Virus record (IMG/VR): IMGVR_UViG_3300024239_000015
Location: 169,378 to 233,377 of that record
Length of the DNA stretch: 64,000 nt
Strand: one strand, 5' to 3'
A program made the position numbers and the translations under genes. Below are positions 1 to 9,060 of the stretch, piece after piece. Below the pieces are notes generated by a model. The model did no database searches, was not told where the DNA came from, and saw only the letters and a list, made by a program, of their open reading frames with translations. Positions within the stretch are counted from its first letter, which is position 1; each line of letters starts with the position of its first letter.

Positions 1-494
1 CCAATCAGGTTTTCGTTGTCGATCAGTTCAAACAGTAACCCACATGGATTTTGTTTGACGGGTGCGTCGTCTAGACTTTCTCGACACTCTTGTAGTACAG
101 AGTGAGGGTGGATAGGCCAGTCGTCGTCCCTTGTTTTTCCAGTACGGTCTACGAACACGACATCTAAGTCCGTTGAGTAGATAAACCCGCCGGCGTCTTT
201 GATATCCTCGTAGTGATGGTAACTGGTTTTTACGTATCCACGGCCTTTGGTGTTTAAGCGCCATTTCGGGATACGGTCGATTTCTTCTTTGCTGAGTAGA
301 TGTAGCTGTGGGTTGTCTTCTAACTCGATCAGGTCAGGACGCATGGTGTGGTCGATAATTTGTTCGACCATCAACCGTCCTTCTAACGTGGGATCTCTAG
401 AGGTCCCTGAGGATGGAATCTTTACTGCGCTTCCGTCGCGCAGGACCATCCATAAGTCTTTTCCTGTAAAGTTGTAATAACGCACGTCACTCAT
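1..494 (-). CDS. Conserved phage protein, 3'-truncated by the window edge (phiKZ gp122-like position); missing from the ORF track
   Basis: Manual translation gives MSDVRYYNFTGKDLWMVLRDGSAVKIP...GGFIYSTDLDVVFVD...PIHPHS...FELIDNENLI, open to position 1. The frame stays open upstream to ~675, so GTG at ~612 is an alternative start. Confidence 0.75.
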   Translation of the reverse strand, partial: MSDVRYYNFTGKDLWMVLRDGSAVKIPSSGTSRDPTLEGRLMVEQIIDHTMRPDLIELEDNPQLHLLSKEEIDRIPKWRLNTKGRGYVKTSYHHYEDIKDAGGFIYSTDLDVVFVDRTGKTRDDDWPIHPHSVLQECRESLDDAPVKQNPCGLLFELIDNENLI

Positions 495-800
495 GATCGC
501 GTTACGCGTACCTAAGTCCGTACAGTCTCGCTCTACGACGCGAGCTTTTACAGGACGCGCGTTTGGAACACGCGCTAGATATTGTCCTAATAAATTCGCT
601 GGGTTATTCACGATACCACTGAATCCTTTTACAGTCTCTTTTGAAAAGAACGAAGCTAATGGGAAAACGCTGTACTAAGCGACCTTAGTTGGACGCTACC
701 TAAAAGCTCGGGTCACCCCGCGTGACCAATTCAACCAAGCGACTTCTAAACGTTCCACGGTTTAGGGAGTTGCGAGGCTGAATGATCGTAGATTACTCAA
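495..800. promoter_or_regulatory. Structured leader / candidate ncRNA between the promoter motif at 805-835 and the upstream-truncated CDS
   Basis: Long-range stem CGAGCTTTTA (541-550)/TAAAAGCTCG (701-710); hairpins GCGCGT..ACGCGC, ACTAAG..CTTAGT, GGTCAC..GTGACC, GCGACTTCTAAAC..GTTTAGGGAGTTGC. Confidence 0.45.
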
Positions 801-804
801 AAAA

Positions 805-835
805 ATAATATATATCTGTAATGGATTCGACACGG
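805..835 (-). promoter_or_regulatory. Putative early (virion RNAP) promoter, copy 1
   Basis: Minus strand CCGTGTCGAATCCATTACAGATATATATTAT, matching a 7-copy motif; its 3' end resembles the phiKZ early promoter core TATATTAC. Confidence 0.65.
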
Positions 836-837
836 CA

Positions 838-866
838 TAGAAGGAGAGCACGAAGCTCTCCTTCTA
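838..866. terminator. Intrinsic terminator hairpin downstream of the major capsid gene
   Basis: TAGAAGGAGAGC-ACGAA-GCTCTCCTTCTA. Confidence 0.75.
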
Positions 867-887
867 AAGGGTATTCCACAATGGCGC

Positions 888-3032
888 TTATGGCGTTACT
901 GGGTTGTTGATGAACTCGACTGCACCAGAGGTGATCAGTTCCAGTTCTTCTACGTCGATCTCGATCTGCACTGGGCAGTTCAGGATGTGACGGTTACGAC
1001 GTTGTACGCCTACTTCCATCGCTAATGAACCATCGCGGATCATCTGGATTTCACCGACTAACTCAGGAATCCAAATGTGGTTACCGTAGTTCAGTGGGTG
1101 GTACTCAGCACCATCAGTTAAACGCAGGGCGATCATGATCTTACCGCGCATTAAACGGTTGTTGGTAGAAACCACTTCTGGTTTCAGCAGAGGACCTACA
1201 GTACGGTCATCACCTTGTACCATCAGGTATTGTGGTAATGTAGTATCTGTACCCATTACGACGGTTGGTTTCTGTTCTACACCGCCAGTCATTGCTGACA
1301 CGGCTGCCCAGTAACCAGACACAGTCATTGCTTCAGCAACAGCCTGACCGATCAACGTGGTGAAATAACCTTGGATGTCAGCCAGCTTGTCCTGAGAACG
1401 AACGCTGTTTAACACTTCAGACATTTTCACGTTGATGTAACGGTAGTAAGGCTTCACTAACTCACGACCTAAACCTTCCACTTTTGGAACGATACCAGTG
1501 TCCTGGTACGCTTCATACGCAGAACGAATCAGAGACGCGTTGTCCAGCAGTTGCTGTACAGCAGCGTTGTTCGTTTGTACGCGAGTGGTGTTGATCAGTG
1601 ACTCCGTGTTCACAGAAGCATCGTAAGACGCGTCGGCGTTTACTGGCTTGGTGTAGTGCACTGGAGCGTGTACTGGGATGGTGTAACCTTCACGACGGAT
1701 GTTTTGTTCCACCAGGATACCACGGCTGCGGTAGTTGCTGTTGGTACGACGAGCTGACAACTCAAAGCTATCTAATTCGAACGTTACACCAGTCACGTCA
1801 GCTGCGCCAGTACCGATGTTGTTACCGTTAGCGTCGAATACGCGAACGATTTCCACCTGACCTGACATGTACAGGTTACCTGACTGAACGTTCAGATCAC
1901 CTTTGAAGCGCAGACGCACTTGTACTTTACCAGTGAATGCAGCAAACGCAGGAACCACAGCACCAGCGATGTCTTTGGTTGCAGAACTGAACGTTACTGT
2001 GTCGACGTTCATGTTCAGTAACATCTCTCTCCAATCGCCTTCTGGCGTTTTGAAGAACTGAGTGCCTGGAGCATTACGTAGATCAACGAACACGTAGCTT
2101 TCGTCAGTGGCTTTGGTCACTTTCAACCAAGCACCTACTACTTTCGCAGCTGGGTCAATGGCATCTTGCTCAGTGAACACGTTGTTGCTCAGCAGCGTTG
2201 GGTGAGCAGACAGACCTAACAGACCGATTGACTTATCAAACACCAGCGGAGCAGTAGGAACGTTGACAGAACCCACGGCACGAGTAGAGGCTAAACCAGC
2301 TACTGCAGAGAAATAAGCGTTCTGACTGTTGTCTGGGTTTTTGTACGGCACCAGGTCAGTGATGTTGTTTTTCAGGATGTCAGGGTTTACCACTGCATCT
2401 AACAGAGACTTACGGTTGAAGTCAGCTTCAGCACCACCGTTCACGTGTTTGTAGCCTGGGTACACTAACGTACGGTCTACTTGCACCATGAAGATCGATT
2501 GGTCAGGAGTAGCAACGATCGTTGGGAAAAACGCTTCAGCGAAATCGTCCTGACGGGCAGACAGTACGTTCCACGTGATGGTCTGCTCAATGTAGTTTTG
2601 AGCGTTGGTACGGTCGAAAGCTTCCTGAGAGAAATTCGGTTGGAATAACATCTCACCGTTCTGAGCGTTTGGAGTCCACTGTACAGAAGGAACACCCGCT
2701 TTCGAACCCCAGCTGTTTAAGTTGTTACGTGCTAACGCAACGACTGTAGCGGCTTCTAAACCTAAGCTTAAACGCTCTAACGCAGCTTTGTTGCCAGTCA
2801 GATCGATTTTACTGTTTTCGAAAGCAGTTTTCAACGCACCTTCCAGTTCGTTATTCACAGAACTGAACGTACCTTTTAATGCTTGGGTATCCTGGAAGCT
2901 CAGAGACTCTGCGGACAGAATCTTTTGGCCTACGGCAGAATCTGCAGCTTGGCGAGCCAGTGCTGCTTTTACTTGTGTTTGCAGATTACCTACAAACGTA
3001 CCGGCCGATTGGCCTAATGCGAACTTTGACAT
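888..3032 (-). CDS. Major capsid protein (phiKZ gp120-like)
   Basis: 714 aa; 'ARQDDFAEAFFPTIV', 'ARRTNSNYRSRG', 'RNRHILNCPV' fit phiKZ-type capsid proteins; N-terminal S/A-x-E processing sites (LSAE, FSQE); adjacent to DnaB as in phiKZ. Confidence 0.9.
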   Translation of the reverse strand: MSKFALGQSAGTFVGNLQTQVKAALARQAADSAVGQKILSAESLSFQDTQALKGTFSSVNNELEGALKTAFENSKIDLTGNKAALERLSLGLEAATVVALARNNLNSWGSKAGVPSVQWTPNAQNGEMLFQPNFSQEAFDRTNAQNYIEQTITWNVLSARQDDFAEAFFPTIVATPDQSIFMVQVDRTLVYPGYKHVNGGAEADFNRKSLLDAVVNPDILKNNITDLVPYKNPDNSQNAYFSAVAGLASTRAVGSVNVPTAPLVFDKSIGLLGLSAHPTLLSNNVFTEQDAIDPAAKVVGAWLKVTKATDESYVFVDLRNAPGTQFFKTPEGDWREMLLNMNVDTVTFSSATKDIAGAVVPAFAAFTGKVQVRLRFKGDLNVQSGNLYMSGQVEIVRVFDANGNNIGTGAADVTGVTFELDSFELSARRTNSNYRSRGILVEQNIRREGYTIPVHAPVHYTKPVNADASYDASVNTESLINTTRVQTNNAAVQQLLDNASLIRSAYEAYQDTGIVPKVEGLGRELVKPYYRYINVKMSEVLNSVRSQDKLADIQGYFTTLIGQAVAEAMTVSGYWAAVSAMTGGVEQKPTVVMGTDTTLPQYLMVQGDDRTVGPLLKPEVVSTNNRLMRGKIMIALRLTDGAEYHPLNYGNHIWIPELVGEIQMIRDGSLAMEVGVQRRNRHILNCPVQIEIDVEELELITSGAVEFINNPVTP

Positions 3033-3110
3033 AGTCGATGCCTTCCTTTACTCTTAACGTTAAGATTCATACTACCGACGACACCGGGGCCGCCAGAAGC
3101 ACTCAAATGA

Positions 3111-3656
3111 TTAATGCGTTTGTTCCAGCGCACAGAAAAGTTTGAACATTTCTGACTGTTCCAGCTCCCGGTGCGTCATCATTTTATTCAGCTCAATCAA
3201 GGTTTGTTCTAAGAACGCACTTTGTTCAAACTGAATCCAACTCCCCACGCCCATAAAGGCGATGGTTTCGTCAGAGACGCAGCACGGTACATAGGATGTT
3301 CTACGTACTGTAACGGGGACTGAGATCTCACTCAGCTCCACCCCACTCCGTTCTGCTACAGCCACTGCTGTATCGAACTCTGCTTCTGCAGCTTGTAGCT
3401 TGCTGCGATGTTTGGTTAACCACGCATCGTTTTGTGGGTGGTCGGTAAAACTTTTAAAAGCGCCCGTTAGCCCTTTCAAATACCGTTCACGGCGATTGTG
3501 GTATGCGACGTAAAAACATACGTCCTGTACAGATAATTTGTCCTCCAGTAACGAGAGGTTCGTAAAGTCACTGACTGGTATTTGTCTAGACGTCGCTAGT
3601 TCTTTAAACCACTCTGGGATTAAAGCGACGTAACGAGTCACGGGATTTTGCATCAT
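3111..3656 (-). CDS. Conserved hypothetical / virion protein (phiKZ gp119-like position)
   Basis: 181-aa ORF between capsid and DnaB; synteny only. Confidence 0.6.
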   Translation of the reverse strand: MMQNPVTRYVALIPEWFKELATSRQIPVSDFTNLSLLEDKLSVQDVCFYVAYHNRRERYLKGLTGAFKSFTDHPQNDAWLTKHRSKLQAAEAEFDTAVAVAERSGVELSEISVPVTVRRTSYVPCCVSDETIAFMGVGSWIQFEQSAFLEQTLIELNKMMTHRELEQSEMFKLFCALEQTH

Positions 3657-3707
3657 AGTGAAATCCGCTTTTAAAAGGTTTATGGTTAATTAACAACAGG
3701 AGTTACG

Positions 3708-5635
3708 ATGGACGCTACCATGATTCTGGTGCAGGCTTTATCTCTAGCCTACTGGGAAAGCCGTTTACAACACACGTCCGGCGGGTCCATACAATTGCTT
3801 AGCAACGTGTTAGAAGAAGTCCCTATCCCAGATCAGAACATCGATGGGGATCGTACACGAGAGATCGTCGTGGGGTTACGTGGTTTAGTGCTGCAGTATA
3901 TCAACAAACCCGACCAAGGTGCGATGAACCTTGGTACACTCCTGCAACGAGTAAGGATTATCTGTCGTGATCAAAATTCGATCTACGACGCATTTGCTAA
4001 TGGTTTAGCAGATGGCTTAGAAGGCATTGAGATTCAAAAACGTTGCTTTTTATACGCACAGGAACTTTCTGACTTTGTGAACTTACGGAAGTTTCAAAAA
4101 CAAGTCAAAGGGTTCTACGCCAAACACGCGTACTCAGGCGAGCAGATCGACATCGCTTCAGCCGCAGCAGAAATGATCGAACAGTTAGAGCACTACGTGT
4201 ATCACCGCGAGGGAGCTTTAATAGACGGAATTTCAGGGATTGTCGACTATGTCGATATTTCTGACGAAGAGAAAATGCAGGACTTGTTTAAGAAAGCTCA
4301 GGAGGAGTCGTCTTCTGAGGGTATTCTGAAAGTAGGCTGGCAGGGGCTGACTCGGATGTTCGGTTGGCACGGCGGTCTGAGGCGAGGCGACTTTTACTTA
4401 ATCGGTGCGCTGCAACACAACTACAAATCAGGGATGGTTCTGAACCTCACTAAACAAGTTGCTTTGTATAACACACCGTACATGATCGACCCGAAGAAGA
4501 AGCCACTGATACTTGTTGTAGCCGCTGAAAACGCTACGACAGACAACATGACGTTTTTGTACTCTTCTTTAGTAGAGAATGAAACACAGCAACCAGCGGA
4601 CTTGACTAGGGTCTCCTACGAGGAGATGACGTCCTATGTGAAGCGACGTTTAGGCGTGAACGGATACCACTTCCACCACGTACGTGTAAACCCCTCTGAC
4701 TTTGGTTACCCAGAACTCTTTACGTTGATTCTGAAACTAGAAGCAGAAGGATACGAGATACACCTACTGACGATTGACTACCTGAACATGTTCAGTAAAA
4801 AAGGTTGTACGGCTGGTGCCCAAGGGCAAGACGTGCGTGACCTATTTAGACGTGTAAGAAACTTTTGTGCTCCTTAATTACAGGGCGTTAAAGCCGTAAG
4901 GTTTTAATGAAACCTCTCTGAACTGCTGGAAACCCCTAAAGCTGTTTCACCACTGCGAGGCGAAAGCCAAAGCCACGGTTTGAAAACGAAACGGATGTAC
5001 AATGGGCAACCGTGAGACCTAAGGTCTCCTGTAGCAGCCAAGTCCCCTCCCGTCCTTGAGACGCGGGGAAAGGTTCAACGACTATCCCGTAGCTGGGAGT
5101 AGGACTCAAGTGAGTCCCAAGTGGAGAGCTCCTCCTATTCTACTAAGAGTAGAGGATGAAATGATATAGTCTGTTCTGTAGGGAAAGCCTACAGCTGCGT
5201 ACCCACGCTGTGAAGCGTAAGACGCGGGAGAGGTCTCACGAACCTCTCCGAACATAAAAGAGAAGAATAGCGGTCATGACACCGGCTCAGATCAGCACAG
5301 AGGCGAAGTACTTGTTGAGGAATGGTGTAGATGACTTCGTGAAAGAAATCGCCAACAAAGGCTACTGGGACTCCTGTAAAACGATCGACCAAGAAGTCGA
5401 TATGGAAATGTTGATCCATATCGTGAAACTCGATGGTCGGAGTTACTTAACGGTACAACGTGGGAAACACCGTGGCTTAGGCACCCGCATGACACCTGAG
5501 ACAGATCTGTATACCGTACTTCCGTTTGAGCCTGTAGGTGGTATACGAGATGACATCCATGGTCGTGATACCAGTATGTCTCGTCCAGGGGGCGCTAACC
5601 TACACGGGGATGGCGGTGAGTGGTTTGCAGCATGA
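3708..5635 (+). CDS. dnaB: DnaB-like replicative helicase, two exons join(3708..4874,5261..5635), 513 aa spliced
   Basis: GGLRRGDFYLIGALQHNYKS (phiKZ-type variant Walker A), LLTIDYL (Walker B), QRGKHRG. Splicing gives RVRNFCAP|RRIAVMTPAQIS in frame. Confidence 0.88.
4875..5260 (+). mobile_element. Group I intron (IA-like, no homing endonuclease ORF), 386 nt
   Basis: P AACTGCTGGAAA (4921), Q AGCAGCC (5033), R GTTCAACGACTA (5073), S ATGATATAGTCT (5161). The 5' exon ends in U paired to G in P1 (GCTCCT/AGGGCG); terminal G at 5260; removal restores the frame. Confidence 0.9.
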
Positions 5636-6024
5636 TCGACTACTATCTGTGGGGGATACTCCTTAAAAGTATCCTCGTGCTTATCTATTACTGGAATAAA
5701 CACGAGCATCGAATTGCGTCAAGACAACTCAACGTCACAGGACACCTTACAGCGATTTGGTCAGCGTGTATCTTAGCGTATACGCTCTGTCGTCAAACCC
5801 CTGTGCTTTTAGAGCAGTGGTTATACGCCGTCGCTACTGTTGCGTTATTGGAGTTTATACTCTGGGTCCTTGAAGTACATTTCAAGCGAGTCTCTGTACT
5901 TAGAGGAAAACTTCTGTATAAAGAACACATGGACATCACCAAGGTCTTGCAAGGATTTGTACGCAGTAAAGCAATCTGGCTGTATTTACCCTACTGGAGT
6001 TTTTTACTCTGGTACAGCGCGTAA
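5632..6024 (+). CDS. Hypothetical membrane protein
   Basis: ATG overlaps the DnaB stop (ATGA); several hydrophobic segments. Confidence 0.6.
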   Translation: MIDYYLWGILLKSILVLIYYWNKHEHRIASRQLNVTGHLTAIWSACILAYTLCRQTPVLLEQWLYAVATVALLEFILWVLEVHFKRVSVLRGKLLYKEHMDITKVLQGFVRSKAIWLYLPYWSFLLWYSA

Positions 6025-6053
6025 TACAAAAAAAGAAATGAAGCAAAAAAAGT

Positions 6054-6085
6054 GCATAGAGGAGGCCCGAAGGCCTCCTCTATGC
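6054..6085. terminator. Hairpin terminator
   Basis: GCATAGAGGAGGCC-CGAA-GGCCTCCTCTATGC. Confidence 0.75.
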
Positions 6086-6089
6086 TAAG

Positions 6090-6690
6090 TAAGGTATGAA
6101 AGGTTAACACGGGTCTACGGACGAACATGGGTGAGTATTTCTACGATCATTCGTTAGCGTAGGTTTAGGTGTTGTGTGACTTTTAGTCATGCCGCCGTCG
6201 CGGTGTCTTGGAAGACGACTAGAAGTCAGTGACAAGGCAGGTTGGAAGGCTGCGCTCACCTTTATTACGCCGACTGTTCGTGTGGCACGCAAACGAGACG
6301 CGTGTGGAGGACTTTTCGGGACTCTTACATGACGCAGTAATCTTGGGGACTGCGTGGGCCGGAAACCACCGGTTGGCCGCTGCGCGGACAAGCAGTATTC
6401 CTTGTTTACCAAAGCCGGAGAGCTCTTGCTGTCTCCTGTAAAGGAGAGTAGCCAAATTGCCGCATCTTTCATACCTTAAACTCCCTTCGGATGTTCGAGC
6501 ACGAACGCTCGTGTAGATACACTCGTCAGAGTGCAGCTACGCAAACGAGGTGGTTAGCGAGGTTTGGTATTAATCGCGTACACTGTGAAAACGTACGTTT
6601 TACCATTGATCGCTAACTGAACAGTTTGGGGTTCTTGCATGGTGGATGTGTCCTAAAAGTTGAGTGGGGGAATGGGGGAATGTTCTACAG
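6090..6690 (+). ncRNA. Candidate large structured non-coding RNA of unknown family
   Basis: 13-bp closing stem AAGGTATGAAAGG (6091)/TCTTTCATACCTT (6465); many helices whose non-Watson-Crick pairs are G-U only on the + strand; GNRA loops (GGAA, GTAA); no credible ORF. Confidence 0.6.
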
Positions 6691-6708
6691 CGGCATAAAA
6701 GTGGGAGC

Positions 6709-6951
6709 TCACGCTCCCACGTAGACACGTTGTGCCTGTGGAAAGTTGCGGGCTAGTAATTCAACATTCAGAGCAGTTTGGATGTCACGGATAAATTGCG
6801 CATCTAACTCTTCTGGAACGTCACCTACTAACTCGTATGCAACTTTTACGGTTTGTTCGCCGGATTTTACTACGACGAAACCGTCTGGGATACCGACTTC
6901 ACCTAATTGTTTCAGGTGGACTTCTACGTTGGGTCTTACTAAGGTTGCCAT
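6709..6951 (-). CDS. Small hypothetical early protein
   Basis: 80 aa, AGGAG RBS, promoter motif upstream. Confidence 0.7.
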   Translation of the reverse strand: MATLVRPNVEVHLKQLGEVGIPDGFVVVKSGEQTVKVAYELVGDVPEELDAQFIRDIQTALNVELLARNFPQAQRVYVGA

Positions 6952-7018
6952 GGTGTTTGCTCCTGTTGGCTGGGTGGAAAATTCCTAGGGATCTGACGTC
7001 AAGCGTCATATCAACTTT

Positions 7019-7047
7019 ATATTAAATATCTATAAAAGATTCGAGTC
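7019..7047 (-). promoter_or_regulatory. Putative early promoter, copy 2
   Basis: GACTCGAATCTTTTATAGATATTTAATAT. Confidence 0.65.
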
Positions 7048-7049
7048 AG

Positions 7050-7080
7050 GCTACTCTAGGGCACTGCGCCCTAGAGTAGC
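7050..7080. terminator. Hairpin terminator after the structural operon
   Basis: GCTACTCTAGGGC-ACTGC-GCCCTAGAGTAGC. Confidence 0.7.
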
Positions 7081-7090
7081 TTTATGTCGG

Positions 7091-8431
7091 TTAAGTTTTT
7101 GGGATAAAATACACCATGACCGAAGCCGTGGTTTGGTACGTCTCTGTGGTAAACCCAGGACGTTCTAACGCGGTATATGCCTCTACCCCAAGGACTGTGC
7201 CGTAGCCTTCTACTAAGCCTTGTGGGCCTTGATAGAAAATACGCATGGGCATACCGGGGACTAACAACTCAGGGTCTGCATCATTCCATACGAAATGTGC
7301 CAGTTGACCTTTACGCGCTGAGAGTTTAGAAAGCTCTCGTGCGATGTTGTCCGTCACACGACGCTGAAGCATCGGAGCGTTGTTGAGTTTAGACTCACGC
7401 TCCTGGACTTGTACTGTCGCTGCGGTTTTATCGGGCTGTAAAACACCCACTCCGTTCTCGACTTTCACAAACTCATTAAACTGTTTGGTGGCAACGCTAA
7501 ACATTGCACCATTGCCTTCTGAGGTTTGTTTTTGGTCACTAAAGTCAAAATGCTTTACTGCCCCAGTAATTACAACAGTCACTCGATCGTTCTTTACGTC
7601 GTAGGTTCGTTCGGTGATCACCTGGTTGCGTGGGATGATATAAAAGTCCACGGCATATTTACTTTTGTTGTATCGCGTCGTGTCATACAACGGATATACA
7701 TACAATAACTGTCGGTGTGAAAAAATACCGATGTCGTTGTTGTAGATCCCTCCCCCATGTTTCTGTAGATACCCTGGTAGGTTATAAAGCTCTACACCGT
7801 GTTGGATGTTGATCTGTTTCCTGACGGTTTTGTTATCAGGCGTCACAAACTCCAACCCCTTTAATCGCTCGTTCTCTAACCCTTTGGTTTGGCTGATCGC
7901 TTGGGTGAGTAAACACTTGAGTAAATCTCCTGGTGTGGAGTTGACGTAAGGTCCACCAAAACGAACGTATTGCAGTTTATCAAACTCTATTGGAATCAAC
8001 TGAAACTTTACGTTGACAAAGGTCTGAGTCCCGCTGACTTGTGCAAGACCTGACATACTGTTCTGTCCTAAGAGTCCAGGGTCTGTGTTCTCTAAAAGGA
8101 CAGCACGGTAAGTACGCAGCGTAGGTGGGAGGGACTTGATGATCCCTCCCTGTAGTTCACCGACGACAATCCGTTTCAAATCTACCTTTAAGTCGTTTCT
8201 GTGTGGGTACACGTATTGACGGTATTGTTCTAACACCATTAAGACTTCCAGAAAGCTTGTTTCCATAAACCCTTTGACAAAGTCTTTCTCTTGGTCAAAG
8301 TTTACTACCTTCCATGGAGAGAACTTTCCTTTGGGGACTCGAAACTCAGCCGTCAGTTGTACAAACACAGGCCGAGGGGCACGTTGGATTTGCCGTACTG
8401 CCTCGGTGTAAAACATCGGTTTTAACGCCAT
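7091..8431 (-). CDS. Virion structural protein, probable baseplate hub (phiKZ gp101-like)
   Basis: 446 aa; 'LPGYLQKHGGGIY', 'YVYPLYDTTR', 'DPELLVPGMP'; synteny. Confidence 0.65.
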   Translation of the reverse strand: MALKPMFYTEAVRQIQRAPRPVFVQLTAEFRVPKGKFSPWKVVNFDQEKDFVKGFMETSFLEVLMVLEQYRQYVYPHRNDLKVDLKRIVVGELQGGIIKSLPPTLRTYRAVLLENTDPGLLGQNSMSGLAQVSGTQTFVNVKFQLIPIEFDKLQYVRFGGPYVNSTPGDLLKCLLTQAISQTKGLENERLKGLEFVTPDNKTVRKQINIQHGVELYNLPGYLQKHGGGIYNNDIGIFSHRQLLYVYPLYDTTRYNKSKYAVDFYIIPRNQVITERTYDVKNDRVTVVITGAVKHFDFSDQKQTSEGNGAMFSVATKQFNEFVKVENGVGVLQPDKTAATVQVQERESKLNNAPMLQRRVTDNIARELSKLSARKGQLAHFVWNDADPELLVPGMPMRIFYQGPQGLVEGYGTVLGVEAYTALERPGFTTETYQTTASVMVYFIPKT

Positions 8432-9060
8432 GCGCGTACCCTCTCCCGACCTAAACCACTGAGTGCTGCGTTAAACACGTCAGGGGCTTCGTTGGTGTAG
8501 GTTTTCTGCTCACGTTCAAAGAGTGGGTTTGTGCCCACACCGTGTCTCCAATACTCCAACATCTGCAAGAAGTCAGAGGGAGGAGCCACAGGCTCAGGTC
8601 GCCATCGCTCTACCACAGGGTGGAGTGCGTTGATAAACTCTTGTAAGTCACTCGCGTCTTGTAAGACACGTTGTTTCTCAGGAGACGCTTGAATGGCACG
8701 TTGGCTGAAAAACATCGACTCACTAAAGTACTCCGCGAGGACTTGGACGTGTTCGACCAGTAAGTCGTACAACTTTGCGATTTCTTGGGGTTTCTCGAAC
8801 TGCACTGGAACGCCATCCAAGATCAACTCTAGAATCGATTTGATCTGTGGAGTTTGTTCTGGGTCTCGTACCGCAGGGAGCTGACACAACACCATTTGCT
8901 TTAAAGCTGCTTCGTCGTGTTTTAAGTCCCCACTGGTGGGAGTTCCGTACAACTGGATGTGGTGATCAGTCAGTAAGTGGACTTGTGGAGCTTGTACCCA
9001 CCAGAAGTAGTTAAACAACTTCCAGATAGGGGTAGCCTCCAAAGAAGGATACGTACGCAT
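8422..9060 (-). CDS. Conserved hypothetical (phiKZ gp100-like)
   Basis: Translationally coupled in the structural operon; 'YGTPTSGD'. Confidence 0.6.
   Translation of the reverse strand: MRTYPSLEATPIWKLFNYFWWVQAPQVHLLTDHHIQLYGTPTSGDLKHDEAALKQMVLCQLPAVRDPEQTPQIKSILELILDGVPVQFEKPQEIAKLYDLLVEHVQVLAEYFSESMFFSQRAIQASPEKQRVLQDASDLQEFINALHPVVERWRPEPVAPPSDFLQMLEYWRHGVGTNPLFEREQKTYTNEAPDVFNAALSGLGRERVRAWR

Noticed and set aside
28-678. ORF-track calls 28..264, 247..477 and 493..678
   Set aside because: Shadows of the real edge-truncated minus-strand CDS ending below position 1
5276-5635. Stand-alone 119-aa gene, or a DnaB pseudogene
   Set aside because: It is exon 2 of DnaB; the intervening DNA is a complete group I intron
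6104-6472. Short ORFs 6104..6472(-), 6219..6455(-), 6229..6441(+)
   Set aside because: Mutually overlapping, Arg/Ser-rich low-quality translations in a region better explained as structured RNA
6090-6480. RNase P, tmRNA, group II intron or retron msr-msd as the identity of the structured region
   Set aside because: No GAGGAAAGUCC on the favoured strand, no tRNA-like ends, no domain V, and no reverse transcriptase in the window
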